In this document: piece by piece, positions 50,300 through 61,965 of the stretch | How the letters are laid out: every line of letters begins with the position of its first letter | Position numbering within the stretch: position 1 is the first letter of the stretch | Origin: TPA_inf: Saccharomyces | Taxonomy: Eukaryota | Length of the DNA: 64,000 nucleotides | NCBI GenBank assembly: GCA_000146045.2 | Contig: BK006946.2 | Location: forward strand, 416,001 to 480,000 | Direction of reading: 5' to 3' | Notes under the pieces: model-generated | Database searches by the model: none | Told to the model about the DNA's origin: nothing | The model's input: the letters and a program-made list of their open reading frames with translations, nothing else | Translations under genes and position numbers: made by a program

Positions 50300-52162
50300 A
50301 TGAGAGACTCTAATCATCGATCATTAACGTCGAACAAGCCTATAGTAACAATAACATCTACTGTCTATGACCGAAGGGCATTGGATATCAACTCTAGTAT
50401 TCCGTTAATAAACTCCCTAAACTACTTAACATATCTAACCTCTAATTCATCAAAAGTTAGGGAAACGGTAGCTAACGACGGTGCTCTCGAAAGATTAGTC
50501 TCAATATTGAGGAGTTGTCATTTAAGTTTGTTTGAGTTGCTGGATTTGGATTTAGAAAATTTTAATGAGCACGAAAACATAAAGGATCTATGGAAGGAGA
50601 AAAGACTAGCACTATGCGCTTGGAAATGGACTTTAACATTTCAGTGCTTAGTATTGACAGGTACTAGAGGGACAGAACAAATTCGTAAAAAAGTGGTAAT
50701 GTCTGGGGTCTTATCTGTGCTGGTCACAGTATTGGATAACTATTTACTATATCATAAAAATTACGACTTCATCAAAGATCAAACAATGACCTTTGACTTC
50801 AAAGGGATAACCACGGAGACAATGTATAAATTCATGAGAAAAGATGAGAATGAAACATATCAGCAGTATATAGAGTTCATTACAGGTCAGGATAAATTGA
50901 AGTTGTCAACTGACAAAAATTTTCTAAACGAACGATTAGTGGCACCGTCTATGACAATTCCAACTGATTTTAGTGATATATGGGGCCGGTTTGCAGACCT
51001 AGCTAGCAATTTTGAACCTGACCAGGAAAGACACGACGACGACATTGATATTGATAGTGAAGTAGAAAGTGAAAATTTTGATGCACATAAGAATTTCTTT
51101 TCGCAACCAGACATTAATAGACCTACAATTTCCACTCCACGTGAATTTTTTCTCGGAAGAATTGTCCCCAAACAAGACGACGTTATATGGTCGCTTCAGT
51201 TATTAGCTTTTGTTTCGAAGTATACATATATGAAATCAACCCTTCAAAATGTTGAGCTGGTTGAATCCCTATCGTTCAGAAGTATGGCTTACAAAATTAA
51301 ACAGAGAATCTCAGAAGAGAATGACTTAGAAGAACAAGAAAGAGACGTAACTGTAAAATTGTCTTCATTATATCCTTATTTATCGAAAAATCCTGAAAAC
51401 AATTCCAAAGTTAAGGCACTAGATACTAGCAAAATGGATCCATTTTTCAAAGAATTAGAAGAACTCTCAAACAGATGTCAACAAGAAGAACAAAATGAAA
51501 TATGTAATAACCACTGTCCCGTTCTTAATTTGTTTGAGCGCTACCGTGTACCGAAACCTAGCGACGACAATGCCTATGGCAAAGACAAGGAAAGAATTAA
51601 TTTAAGGAAGAAAATATCTGATAACTTTGAAAGGCGCTGGAGCTACGATAAAATGAAAAAGGAATTAACAAATATTGTTTACAAAAACAAGGTACTAACA
51701 AATGTTGTAAACATCTTCCCCTTAGTCGAAAAATATACAGTGAGCGCAGAAAATACACATGATGTTATATATTGGAGTTCTGTCATCATGAGAAATTCAT
51801 GTCGAAAAAATGAGATCTTAGGTGTGCGTCAGTGTGCCAATTTTTCGTGCGGAAAATGGGAAGATTTTCCAAGACAATTTGCAAAATGTCGTCGATGCAA
51901 AAGAACGAAATATTGCTCACGAAAGTGTCAATTAAAAGCATGGGGATATCATAGGTATTGGTGTCACGAAGTTGGATCAAGTCATATGAGATCCACGAAT
52001 ACTACCACAGGTGTCAATACCCCAAATGAGCCTAGTTCTTTAAATGCCACCGCTACTACAGCAGCTGATGTTTCGAATTCTACCAGTACGTTCACTCCTA
52101 ATATATCCACCACCGTACCTGATGAAATAAGCAATAGGGATGAAAATAGCATACCTGAGTAA
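50300..52162 (+). CDS. MUB1: MYND zinc-finger adaptor of the Ubr2 ubiquitin ligase
   Basis: 620 aa from MRDSNHRSL. C-terminal MYND finger C..C..C..C...C..C..H..C. Confidence 0.85.
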   Translation: MRDSNHRSLTSNKPIVTITSTVYDRRALDINSSIPLINSLNYLTYLTSNSSKVRETVANDGALERLVSILRSCHLSLFELLDLDLENFNEHENIKDLWKEKRLALCAWKWTLTFQCLVLTGTRGTEQIRKKVVMSGVLSVLVTVLDNYLLYHKNYDFIKDQTMTFDFKGITTETMYKFMRKDENETYQQYIEFITGQDKLKLSTDKNFLNERLVAPSMTIPTDFSDIWGRFADLASNFEPDQERHDDDIDIDSEVESENFDAHKNFFSQPDINRPTISTPREFFLGRIVPKQDDVIWSLQLLAFVSKYTYMKSTLQNVELVESLSFRSMAYKIKQRISEENDLEEQERDVTVKLSSLYPYLSKNPENNSKVKALDTSKMDPFFKELEELSNRCQQEEQNEICNNHCPVLNLFERYRVPKPSDDNAYGKDKERINLRKKISDNFERRWSYDKMKKELTNIVYKNKVLTNVVNIFPLVEKYTVSAENTHDVIYWSSVIMRNSCRKNEILGVRQCANFSCGKWEDFPRQFAKCRRCKRTKYCSRKCQLKAWGYHRYWCHEVGSSHMRSTNTTTGVNTPNEPSSLNATATTAADVSNSTSTFTPNISTTVPDEISNRDENSIPE

Positions 52163-52444
52163 AGTACAAGGGGATTTCGATGACCTAGGTTTAACAAGAT
52201 CATGAAATATTCATTAACGGAGTTTTTTGTTTTCGCTTTTTTTATTTTTTGTTCCTAATTTTTTTTTTTTTTACATTTTATTAGCTATACACTTGGCGCA
52301 AGGATATTTTATATACCGGATATAATAGATAATTAAAAGACTACTAATTAAAAATGATGTAATATGGTAATAGGTATGGAAGAATCAGGGAGTTTTCAGA
52401 ATGTTCTTTGCCCTCTCTTGGGCTTTCTAGTTTTGCACTTTTAC

Positions 52445-53476
52445 TTATTCATCTCCTGTAACCGAAACTGAAATGGGGGGGTTTGGAAAGTTGTACAAAG
52501 ACATAGCTGTTTTCTTTTTTTTAAATATTGAAGGAACGCTTTCATGTATTTTTTCAAACAATGAGTGATTCTTCTCATTATATTTTTGAATGGTGGAAAA
52601 GAAGGACCATTTGAGAATCATCAGGTACATAGCAAAGAAGCTAAAATTTGGCCACAACGTATCACTAAATTCAATGGTGGCATTTTCATGTACTTGCCAT
52701 AGCATATAGTCTGAGAGCCTCCTATGCCCACTTGTTCTGATTAATAATTCACATTTATTGGAATGGAAACCCATGTACATTTTATTAGTAAATTTTCTTA
52801 TATTAATCCTTGGTGATTTATTTTCCAAATGGTCTTCAACTGAATCACGAATAGTATGTAACATATCATTTCTTGAAGTGTAAGGAAAACATATAAATAA
52901 AGTGAAATCGTCTCCATCCTGTGTGATTTCTTCCACTTTTTTAATTTTTTTTCTCATTTCTGGAGATAGTAAAGATTGATCACCTACTATTCTTATTTTA
53001 GATCCGTATAAGGGATCCTTATAGTCCTTGGCTCTTTTTGCGAATTCATCAAGCTTTACCGTAAACAAATTCATTAGCGTATCTACTTCTTCTTTTGGTC
53101 TATTAAAATTTTCAATAGAAAATGCATAGGCGGAAACACATTTTACACCCAATCTTTTGCAGATATACAGTAGTGTTAGTAACGTTAACCCACCAGCTTC
53201 ATGGCCTTTTTTTACTGGTAGCCTTCTTGACTTGGCATATCTCCGGTTACCATCCATGATAAAGGAGACATGTTCAGGCACTGGCCCTACCCTTAATGCT
53301 TTTATCAAAATATTCTGAAGATTTACATAAAACCATGAAAACAAGCTTAATGACATAACCCACGCAAATACTCTCTGAAATATACTTTTCACTGCGAAGC
53401 ACATCTGTTCTTTGGTTTCTACCAAAAGCCTTTTTAGGGCTACAAACTGAATCTGAATAATACTGGGCATTTTCAT
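52445..53476 (-). CDS. SRT1: cis-Prenyltransferase (dehydrodolichyl diphosphate synthase)
   Basis: 343 aa from MKMPSIIQ. UPP-synthase family motifs (MDGNRRYA). Confidence 0.85.
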   Translation of the reverse strand: MKMPSIIQIQFVALKRLLVETKEQMCFAVKSIFQRVFAWVMSLSLFSWFYVNLQNILIKALRVGPVPEHVSFIMDGNRRYAKSRRLPVKKGHEAGGLTLLTLLYICKRLGVKCVSAYAFSIENFNRPKEEVDTLMNLFTVKLDEFAKRAKDYKDPLYGSKIRIVGDQSLLSPEMRKKIKKVEEITQDGDDFTLFICFPYTSRNDMLHTIRDSVEDHLENKSPRINIRKFTNKMYMGFHSNKCELLIRTSGHRRLSDYMLWQVHENATIEFSDTLWPNFSFFAMYLMILKWSFFSTIQKYNEKNHSLFEKIHESVPSIFKKKKTAMSLYNFPNPPISVSVTGDE

Positions 53477-53847
53477 TATGGTCAACAGAAACGTCCTATG
53501 TTTGAAAGGCAGCCTGTTCTTTATAAGTTGATAAATTGAGAAAAGTGCACCAAATCTTAATCTACTCTGTGTGTATTTTTAGGTCCCTTAAATAACAGAA
53601 AAAGTATAGCTTTAGCCGCCGAGGTCCACTCAGTTTGGAGTAGTTACCCTTAACAGGCACTCACTCCGTTTTGTTCTTTCGAAGAGATACGTTATAGTAT
53701 ATCGGCAACAAATGATAGGCTCATTGTTAGCGTTCATTAATTATTAGATTAAAATTTATTTAAGTGTATCGTGTTTCTTTACTTTATGTACGAAGATTAA
53801 TATGCATTTAAAGGTATCATCCACGGAAAAAAAATACTCCATCAGCG

Positions 53848-56352
53848 TTAGCGGAAGTTATTAACTACTGTACCGCAGTCTACGCAATAATAGTTTCTAT
53901 CTTGTTGGTCATTAGCACCAGAAAAAGCCTCAAACCTTGAACCGTTACAAACATTGCAACGGATAGGTAAATTCATTGCGCTCGTTGGAGTGGTAGGCCC
54001 ATGTGCATTGGAGAAAATAGATGACATGCTTTCCCTTGGTGTTCTTGGCTGTGCATTACTGCCGAGTGTTTTTAGTGATGTACTGCTTTTGGGACATATA
54101 TTAGAGTATCCACGTCCCGTTGCATAGCCTTTTCCAGTATTAGTATACGCCGCTGCCGGTTGGCCAGCCAAGTTTGATTTCGCTCTCGAGTTGAAGCTTC
54201 GACTCAAAGAATGCAAAGAATCAGAACTGTTAAACCTTCTCCGAACCTCTCTATTGTATTCTTCTAGTTTGAGTAACACGCGCTTTCTTATAACAGAGGG
54301 CATATCTGCTCTAAACACACGAATAGTCCCTACGTTATCAGTACTGATCAATATCGTTCCAATTGCGTCAACGACATCTGGGATAGCACTGGTGGCGGAA
54401 GCATTAGAAATTGAGCCTGGTTTAGAATTGTAGCCCAAAGACGACTCTACATCTGACATTATGCCATCGTCGTTACTCCGACTCAAAACATCGAAACTAT
54501 CGGATGTCTGAAAAAACTCTAGAGATAGCTCGCAGATAACATCGTTAGACAAAGATAATGTTTTCGAAGTTTCTGGCGGTGCAATGCTAACACAAGTAAC
54601 AGGGGCATTGTGTGCATGAAAAGAAATGTAATCCGTATTTTTGATATAATGATCGTTGCTATGATGAGGCAAGGGAAGTAAGTTAGTAAGTTTTAAATGA
54701 TGATGTGGTTTTTCTTCGTTATTCTGGCTGGAAGACCTACTCATTGATTTACTAAATATGCTTCTCAAACTTCCGGACCGAGCCAATCCCTTTGGTTTCC
54801 TTTTAGGTTCGTCTTGATCATTCTCTCTATCCGAAGACTTTAACCTCCAGCCGTAAACCCAATGGTCATCACTACTATTTACAACGATTGGCTGACCATG
54901 CCAGATGGACAATTGTGCCTTGTGTTGGGAAGATCCGCTATGGAAGCCTTTCAATACCTCTAGAAGCTTCCTCTGTTCTAAGTCAAAAATTCTTATCCTC
55001 GAATCATTCGATGTAACTACTAAGCGGAAAGAATTGTCCAGTTGAGATCTAAAAGCTTGCAAACCCGTCACACGTGGACCATGACGAATTTTTGAGTCAG
55101 TTTCCGTGACCATGACGTGAGCGTTTTGTTCTTGTGTTTGTCTATCAGCTACGTGAAATGAAGAAACTGGAGTGAGACCTCTGGTCATCAGAATATGAAC
55201 GTATCCATTAAATGTTCCTATTATAGTGTATTTTCCCTCCTCAGGGGATAATGTAACAGATGTTATTAAGTCTTGACAATCGTACTCAAAGCTAACTTCA
55301 TCATCCAGTATAGACCATAACCTGCATTTGTGATCCAGACAGCCGCTAATGAAAAATCTATCGTCGGTGGGGTGAAATTCCACACAAGTGACAAAATCAG
55401 GATGTATGAATGTCTTAAGTGAATTTTTCCTATCGGGATGCCATAGTTTTACTGTCTTATCCATCGATGCTGACAAAATAAAATTATTTTTAGACCAATT
55501 TATATCCAGAACATCTTGCACGTGTTCTTTATACAGTCGCAAAGGCGTTGGGTGAAAGACAGGCGCATACAAATTCAATAATTTTTCCTTCTCTTCGTAT
55601 TTCTCTGTAGCAGAATCCAAAAATTGTTTTTCTTTTGGATTGTTCAATGAACTGACCTGCTGTTTGATCCGCATCGACTTGGCTCGTGCCTCTTTATTTG
55701 ATTCCGCACTCGAGTCCAATTCGGCTCTTTCAACTGGAGAGCCAATAACTTTCCATATTCTTATTTTACCATCTTTGCTACCAGTGGCCATAAATTTTCC
55801 ATCGCGGCTAAACTTTGTACTCCATATAGCTTTAGAGGTTGGTTCAGATGATTTGGAAGTGGAGGTAACCGTTTCACCTTCGTAGGCCATTAGTTCTTGC
55901 GCGAGAAACAATCTTCTAAATTGTTTCAGGTTTTTCCGACGTTTCAACATTTTAATGTATTTTGGCTCTCTCAAATAGTTTTCAAATTGCTCTGTATCAA
56001 TGGAATTGAAAGGGTAAAACTCATTGACCCTAAGATTCGAATTTAAAGTATTGCCTCTCTGTAAATGTTCCTTTAGTCTCATAAATGAATCAGTGGCGTT
56101 GCCGTTGTTACTATATTTTAATTTGTCATTTGTATTATTAGTTTTTGTCATTCTGAACTTCAATGGCTCGATATCTGCAGAATATTCAAGATTTAGTTTG
56201 CTTTTACTTTTACTTTCACCGGAACTGGACTCGCCGTCGAAGCTCTCTTGATGCGACCGACTCTCCTCTTCAGATCCAGTGGTATTCGAGGAATTGCTGA
56301 ATTCAGAATGTACCTTGCTTATACTTGTTTTATCCTCCGCCATATTCGTCAT
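53848..56352 (-). CDS. YMR102C: WD40-repeat protein of unknown function (DGR2 paralogue)
   Basis: 834 aa with WD repeats in the central region and low-complexity termini. Confidence 0.85.
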
Positions 56353-56901
56353 ATTTCTAATTCTCGTACTATATTATACGCCACTACCGTATACAATATG
56401 CCAAGAGCTCAGCAACTGCTTTCTATTCTTTTTCTTTGATTGTCTTTGTTCCTCTTTTCCCTCTTTCTTTTCCTCCTCTGTTTAACAAGTTGGAGAGAGT
56501 TGCAGTCTTGTTCCCTATACGGTCCAGCTGTGACTTGTACGAACGCGTATTGTATCCCAGGAAGAAATAATGATGTAACTCGCTTACGAAGCTTAAGAAA
56601 GGGCAAAAAAAATGTGTCCCCCCTAACTGCGAAAGTGAAAAAAAAAAAAATTAATGCGTTGAATTTACACAGTTCTATGTATAATTAACTGCTACGATAG
56701 AAACTGGACAGTAGTAAGAAAGATTGGACTAGGCATCACCCAGACTTTACTTTTTCGGCATACATATCTATTTATATATAGTTTAATACGTAAATACAAA
56801 TATATATATACTGTAAATTTTAATCATTAAGCTTTTCTTTTTTTTTTGTTCACGCTTTCACCCTGTGAGGCGAATGAGGTTAGCTTTTTCCCTTTACGGG
56901 A

Positions 56902-57303
56902 CTAGGTAAGGCTCCCCATGGCTGAGCCCGCGCAAGGAAATCCAGGATCATCCGCGGAAGAAATAAGCTGCTCCCGGCCCAGACTATGTAAGAAAAGTGG
57001 CAACAAACAGAAAAGCGAATCTTTCCTTTCAGGCAATGCAAGGGTCCTTTGCCGTTTGGCGAATTCCGGTAACCTCGACTTGCGCCCCGCGGGCTTCGCT
57101 TTGACATCCGCGGGTATAAGCGTCCGTCCTTCGGCCGACAACAGGTCGGTCTTTGATCTCAATTCCGTAGATGGAAGAATTCTGATAATGCTGTAAAAGA
57201 AATGAATAAGCAACATAAGTCGTGTGAGAGTTGCTAAAAGAAGAGCGCAGCCTCTGCGGACCATTCTATTTTCTGTAGTTCTTCTTGTCCCCGTTAACCA
57301 CAA
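56902..57303 (-). CDS. Dubious ORF (YMR103C-like) lying inside a GC-rich island; probably not protein-coding
   Basis: 133-aa ORF with no recognisable domains. Other ORFs overlap it on both strands. Local composition is atypical. Confidence 0.15.
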   Translation of the reverse strand: MWLTGTRRTTENRMVRRGCALLLATLTRLMLLIHFFYSIIRILPSTELRSKTDLLSAEGRTLIPADVKAKPAGRKSRLPEFAKRQRTLALPERKDSLFCLLPLFLHSLGREQLISSADDPGFPCAGSAMGSLT

Positions 57304-57419
57304 TAGTAACGGAGTGCGTATCGCAATCTACTTGAACTATCCATTTTTGAAAATTGCAACCTCTTGCGGCTATAGCTATAAATTCCGTCCGGCTCGGCTC
57401 GGCTTGCTTCGGCTTGCTT

Positions 57420-59453
57420 CTAACTAATGCTTCTCCCCTGCGAAGGAGAATCACCCAACTGTTCGTCACCAATGTACGTCCACCCACCAAACTGCTTTTG
57501 AATACTTGCACTTAAGTACTCGTCCACTACACTATCGATCGGTTTTTCCTTAGTGAACTCTTGATCAAAATTTGCAGTATCTATTTCACTCTTTACAATT
57601 GGCTTGTAAGGCGGAATATAGCCCTTCAAAAGTAGCTTTTTCCATGAGATGTCTTTAAAGAAAGGATGGTTACGAATTTCATCTGTACCGTTAACGCCGA
57701 GTCTTCTGCTTGGGTCTCTGCTTAAGAGGCCAATTAATAGGTCTTTTGCCGCAGGGTCAAATCCATCAGGAAATAGTAGCGGTTGCTGCAGAATTTTCTT
57801 GTACATAACAGGAACGTTCTCATCATAGTATGGTGGCAGCCCTGTCATCATCTCATACAGTAAGATACCTAATGTCCACCAGTCAACTGTTTTAGTATAG
57901 CCCTGCCCCAACAAGATTTCTGGTGCCAAATATTCGGGAGTACCACAGAAAGTGTCTGTTTTGTCATTATCCTTCATGTTCAGCTTGCAAAGCCCAAAAT
58001 CACACAGTGCAATATGTCCTTGGTAATCCAATAGAATGTTTTCAGGCTTTAGGTCACGATAAATGACGTCAAGTTTGTGTAATGAATCGAGAGCACATAA
58101 TAGTTCTGCAATATAAAAACGGGAGCGTGCTAGACTGAATCGTCCCTCGTGTTGTAAATGGTAGAACAGTTCACCGCCATTAATGAAAGCTAATACTAGG
58201 TACAACTTCTCCGGAGATTGGAATGAGAACTTCAACGGAACAATAAAGGGGCAGTCAACTCTTGCTAGGACAGTCCTCTCCGCTAAAGTATGTGTCACTT
58301 CACATTTCGATACAATATATGCTTTTCTCAGAGCCTTCAAAGCGTAAATCTTTTGGGTATCTTTTTTCCTTACTTGCATCACTTTGCCGAACGAACCCTT
58401 CCCGATAACCTTCAATAGATCAAAGTCATCAATGGAGAGAGGCTTGTTCTTAGAAGGTTTGTAGTCCACCGTGATATTTAATTTACCATATCCCCTTTCT
58501 AAAGAAATCCAATGGTGATTGTATAGTCTTATTTGGGCTGCAGAATCGATTTTTAAATTCAAAGGTAAATGGAAGGAGTCCAAATGGATATCCTGATTTG
58601 TATTGATTTTTTTTAAAATCTCCTTCAGTACTTCGTCCTGCTCGCCAATCTCCTGTTGCCAGTTTTTAGAGGGTAAAAGTAGGGATGGAATCCTTGCAAA
58701 GACATCGATTTTTAAAAATCGTAATTTTCTTGTTACATCAAATGTCGATATTTTGTTAAACACTGGTTGCTCCATCGTTCCCATATCTGGACTAATAGTA
58801 GTAATAGAATTATCAAATTCAATTGTAAAATAAAGTAATGGGCTTGAATTTGTTGACCCAGGTAACAATATAGAGGAAGGAATGAATTTAGTGGCAAAAG
58901 CTCTATCTATCAAGCCTTCCCCTGCTGAATCTTGATCCACTCTCTTGTATCGTGGTAGCTGCCGCATTATGGCTGCAACTTCGGAAGCGTCATTGGATGA
59001 TGAAGTAAGGATGCCGGAACTTAGTAGTTTTTGTAAAATAGTAGAGTTAGAGGTGATAGGGAAGGGAAGAGTAAAATCTTTACCAGAATACACCTTCACT
59101 GTCATTAGTCCGGATTCCGAACTCGGTCCCTGCGTCTCAGTAGACGACTGACTAGCTTTCCTTTCGGAAGCCTTAGAATTGTCATTTCCTATCCCCGATG
59201 GATTCTTGAAGGATGCATCATTACGTAATTTTGGAGAACTTAAGGAACTTGGGAGAGTCTCATTTGTATTGATCTTTCTTATATGGTGTTCGTGTTCATG
59301 ATTATGATTCTTCGGGCTACCATCGTGATGTTTTTCTCCATGGTGGAAATGAAACAGGCCATTACCCCACGATTTTTCATTTTCATCTTCACTACTCCCA
59401 TCATCTTCTTTGGACCTTCCTAACTTAAACTTGGATATTCGCCAGGAATGCAT
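57420..59453 (-). CDS. YPK2: AGC-family Ser/Thr protein kinase (SGK homologue, TORC2 effector)
   Basis: 677 aa from MHSWRISKFKLGRSKE. Kinase motifs GKGSFGKV, HRDLKPEN, DFG and APE. C-terminal turn/hydrophobic motif. Confidence 0.9.
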   Translation of the reverse strand: MHSWRISKFKLGRSKEDDGSSEDENEKSWGNGLFHFHHGEKHHDGSPKNHNHEHEHHIRKINTNETLPSSLSSPKLRNDASFKNPSGIGNDNSKASERKASQSSTETQGPSSESGLMTVKVYSGKDFTLPFPITSNSTILQKLLSSGILTSSSNDASEVAAIMRQLPRYKRVDQDSAGEGLIDRAFATKFIPSSILLPGSTNSSPLLYFTIEFDNSITTISPDMGTMEQPVFNKISTFDVTRKLRFLKIDVFARIPSLLLPSKNWQQEIGEQDEVLKEILKKINTNQDIHLDSFHLPLNLKIDSAAQIRLYNHHWISLERGYGKLNITVDYKPSKNKPLSIDDFDLLKVIGKGSFGKVMQVRKKDTQKIYALKALRKAYIVSKCEVTHTLAERTVLARVDCPFIVPLKFSFQSPEKLYLVLAFINGGELFYHLQHEGRFSLARSRFYIAELLCALDSLHKLDVIYRDLKPENILLDYQGHIALCDFGLCKLNMKDNDKTDTFCGTPEYLAPEILLGQGYTKTVDWWTLGILLYEMMTGLPPYYDENVPVMYKKILQQPLLFPDGFDPAAKDLLIGLLSRDPSRRLGVNGTDEIRNHPFFKDISWKKLLLKGYIPPYKPIVKSEIDTANFDQEFTKEKPIDSVVDEYLSASIQKQFGGWTYIGDEQLGDSPSQGRSIS

Positions 59454-59896
59454 GTTACTATATGTATATTTGTATACGCGATAATTTGACCCAGTTGAAC
59501 AATTCTGGTTTAGGAGCACTTTGGCTGAATTTTATCATTTTATTTATAAATCTAAGGATGACGGCCATTTTACAGATTTCTCGAGGGAAATATAATAAAA
59601 AACTCGGGGTAGGTAATCTGAATTCGGGGATACGCTAATTTGGGAAAAATTCGTGAATTAGATATAATTAGAAACAGCACTTATGAAGAAGATACTGCGA
59701 TTAACCAAAATATTCTCCTCCTTATGAAAAAAAAAAAAAAAAGACTCAGAAACCTATGCAATCGTTTGCTAATATGTCGAAATATGGATCTATTAAGTAT
59801 ATAAAGTATGTGTTCAAAAAATTGAAATTTTCTTCTTTACCGTTAATATTCATTGAAAAAGGTGAAAATCATTAAGCCATTAGTAAATCATTCGTT

Positions 59897-61606
59897 TTAA
59901 GTACGAACCGTTGGTTCTTCAGTTCCTAAAACTTGTTTAAAGTTCAAGAACTTGATGACCGAGTTAATAATTGGCTTCAAGTATTCTTCAGCTGTCTTTT
60001 GGTATTGTGATTTATCATCGCAGTATTTTTCAATGTACAATCTAATGGTAGCACCTGAAGAACCTGTACCTGACAATCTTAGAACGAATCTTGCACCATT
60101 GGAAAGCTTGACATATAAACCTTGATGGTCAGAAACAGAACCGTCCAAATCTGTGTATGAAAAATCACCACAATCGGTGACCTTAAGAGACTCATCGGCT
60201 GGGAAGGCGGAATTAACAACACCCGATTTGGTAACATATGCTCTCAATTGATCGACAATCTTGTTAGCTTTTTCTGTTTCAACTTTTTCAAAATCATAAC
60301 GAGTGAAGAAAGTACGGCCGTACTTTGCCCAGAATTCATTCTGTATCGTCTTAATAGAAGCTTCGTTCTCCGGATGATGCTTGTTGTAAATGGCCAAGAT
60401 GTTCAACCACGCCATAATGGCCCAAACACCGTCCTTTTCCCTTACGTGGTTGGAACCAGTACCAAACGATTCTTCACCACAAATAGATAATTTTTTAGCG
60501 TCGAACAAAGCACAGAAAAATTTCCAGCCAGTTGGGACCTCATAACAGTTTAGACCATGGGCCTTGGCAACACGGTCTATGGCTCCTGAGGTAGGGAATG
60601 AACGGGCCAGACCATATATACCTTGCTTGGCGAAATATGGGATTTCAGCTGCATATTCGGCAATAATTGCGACGGAGTCACCTGGAGAAACGAAAGATGG
60701 GCCGTAACCGTAAATCATATTTCTATCACCATCACCATCGGATGCAGCACCAAACTCAATCTTTTCACGATCTACTCTTTTCACTAACGAACTGGCATAA
60801 GTTAAGTTTGGATCTGGATGCATACCACCAAAATCCGGAGAAGGATGCCAGTTTTGTAAAACCTCATCCGCCGGTAAACCAAATTCATCAACGAAAATAG
60901 CCTTACCGTATGGTCCAGTTACACCGTTCATACTGTCAAACAGTAACTTCCAATTCTTAGTAGAACGTTGATTATCGATGAATTTCTTGATTAAGTCGAA
61001 ATCGAAGATTTCCTTCAAGAAGTTGACATAATCTTTTGTAATATCGATAATGTCAACGAGTAATGGACCGTATTTCTTGTTCTTGCCTATCGTACCCAAG
61101 TCTAGTTCTGGGAAGTCTTTGATAATCTTATAGCTGGTAAGCTTTTTGGAAATCTCCCAAATAGCATTTGTGACGGATTCAGGAGCAGGACCCCCATTGG
61201 ATAAGTTATACTTAATACCCATGTCATTTTCTGGACCACCTGGATTATGTGAGGCGGTTAAGATAATACCACCAGTACATTTTTCCTCGTAGGTTCTCAT
61301 GATGTGAGAAGCGGCTGGCGTAGACAGAAGACCATGCTGGCCAATAACTAACTTTTTAATACCGTTGGCAGCACCGATAGCGGCAATCTTATGAAGAATG
61401 ACATCATTGTAGTAACGCCCATCACCACCGACAACAAGAGTGGCACCTTTAGAACCCTCTGGAATAGCTTCCATGATCGATTGAATGAAATTTTCTGTGT
61501 AGTTAGGTTCGTCTTTAAACACCTTTGTCTTCTTACGCAAACCAGAGGTACCAGGCTTTTGGTCTTCATATGGTTTGGTGGGAACCGTTTCAATTTGAAA
61601 TGACAT
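59897..61606 (-). CDS. PGM2: Phosphoglucomutase, major isoform
   Basis: 569 aa with the active-site TASHNPGG; matches YMR105C. Confidence 0.92.
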   Translation of the reverse strand: MSFQIETVPTKPYEDQKPGTSGLRKKTKVFKDEPNYTENFIQSIMEAIPEGSKGATLVVGGDGRYYNDVILHKIAAIGAANGIKKLVIGQHGLLSTPAASHIMRTYEEKCTGGIILTASHNPGGPENDMGIKYNLSNGGPAPESVTNAIWEISKKLTSYKIIKDFPELDLGTIGKNKKYGPLLVDIIDITKDYVNFLKEIFDFDLIKKFIDNQRSTKNWKLLFDSMNGVTGPYGKAIFVDEFGLPADEVLQNWHPSPDFGGMHPDPNLTYASSLVKRVDREKIEFGAASDGDGDRNMIYGYGPSFVSPGDSVAIIAEYAAEIPYFAKQGIYGLARSFPTSGAIDRVAKAHGLNCYEVPTGWKFFCALFDAKKLSICGEESFGTGSNHVREKDGVWAIMAWLNILAIYNKHHPENEASIKTIQNEFWAKYGRTFFTRYDFEKVETEKANKIVDQLRAYVTKSGVVNSAFPADESLKVTDCGDFSYTDLDGSVSDHQGLYVKLSNGARFVLRLSGTGSSGATIRLYIEKYCDDKSQYQKTAEEYLKPIINSVIKFLNFKQVLGTEEPTVRT

Positions 61607-61860
61607 GTTATGTTAACTTTTGTTACTTTTTTTACTGAGAAAGATTGGTTGATCTTCTTCTTATTATCCTATTGTTCAAGCAACGCTGAAGAAAGACATG
61701 GAACACTATCTTCGAAAATGAAACAATATTAACGGTACCTTTTTATATTTCCCACATTGTTCGGGCGGCAGTCATCCAGATTCTGAAAGAATCAACTATT
61801 TCTTTTACACTTTTCAACCCCTGTTTGTTCCTGGAACTGCACATAACAAAAGTATAACGT

Positions 61861-61965
61861 CCCCTTTCACGTAAGTTCCCCACGAAAAAAGTAGTGCGCG
61901 ACACCACCCCTTTTCGTGAGCTCCGCGCTTCTCTTCACCGAGCCTAAGTTGGGCCTCTCCCCCCT
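61861..61965. promoter_or_regulatory. Three STRE (CCCCT/AGGGG) elements in the PGM2 promoter
   Basis: CCCCT at 61861–61865, 61907–61911 and 61961–61965, which is 255–360 bp upstream of the PGM2 ATG. Confidence 0.6.

Noticed and set aside
56409-57511. Calling the multiple overlapping ORFs in the GC-rich island (56409..56606, 56880..57107, 56918..57196, 57224..57427, 57266..57511) as genes
   Set aside because: They overlap each other on both strands, as expected when GC-rich sequence is translated in six frames. Only the region as a whole is reported as a finding.
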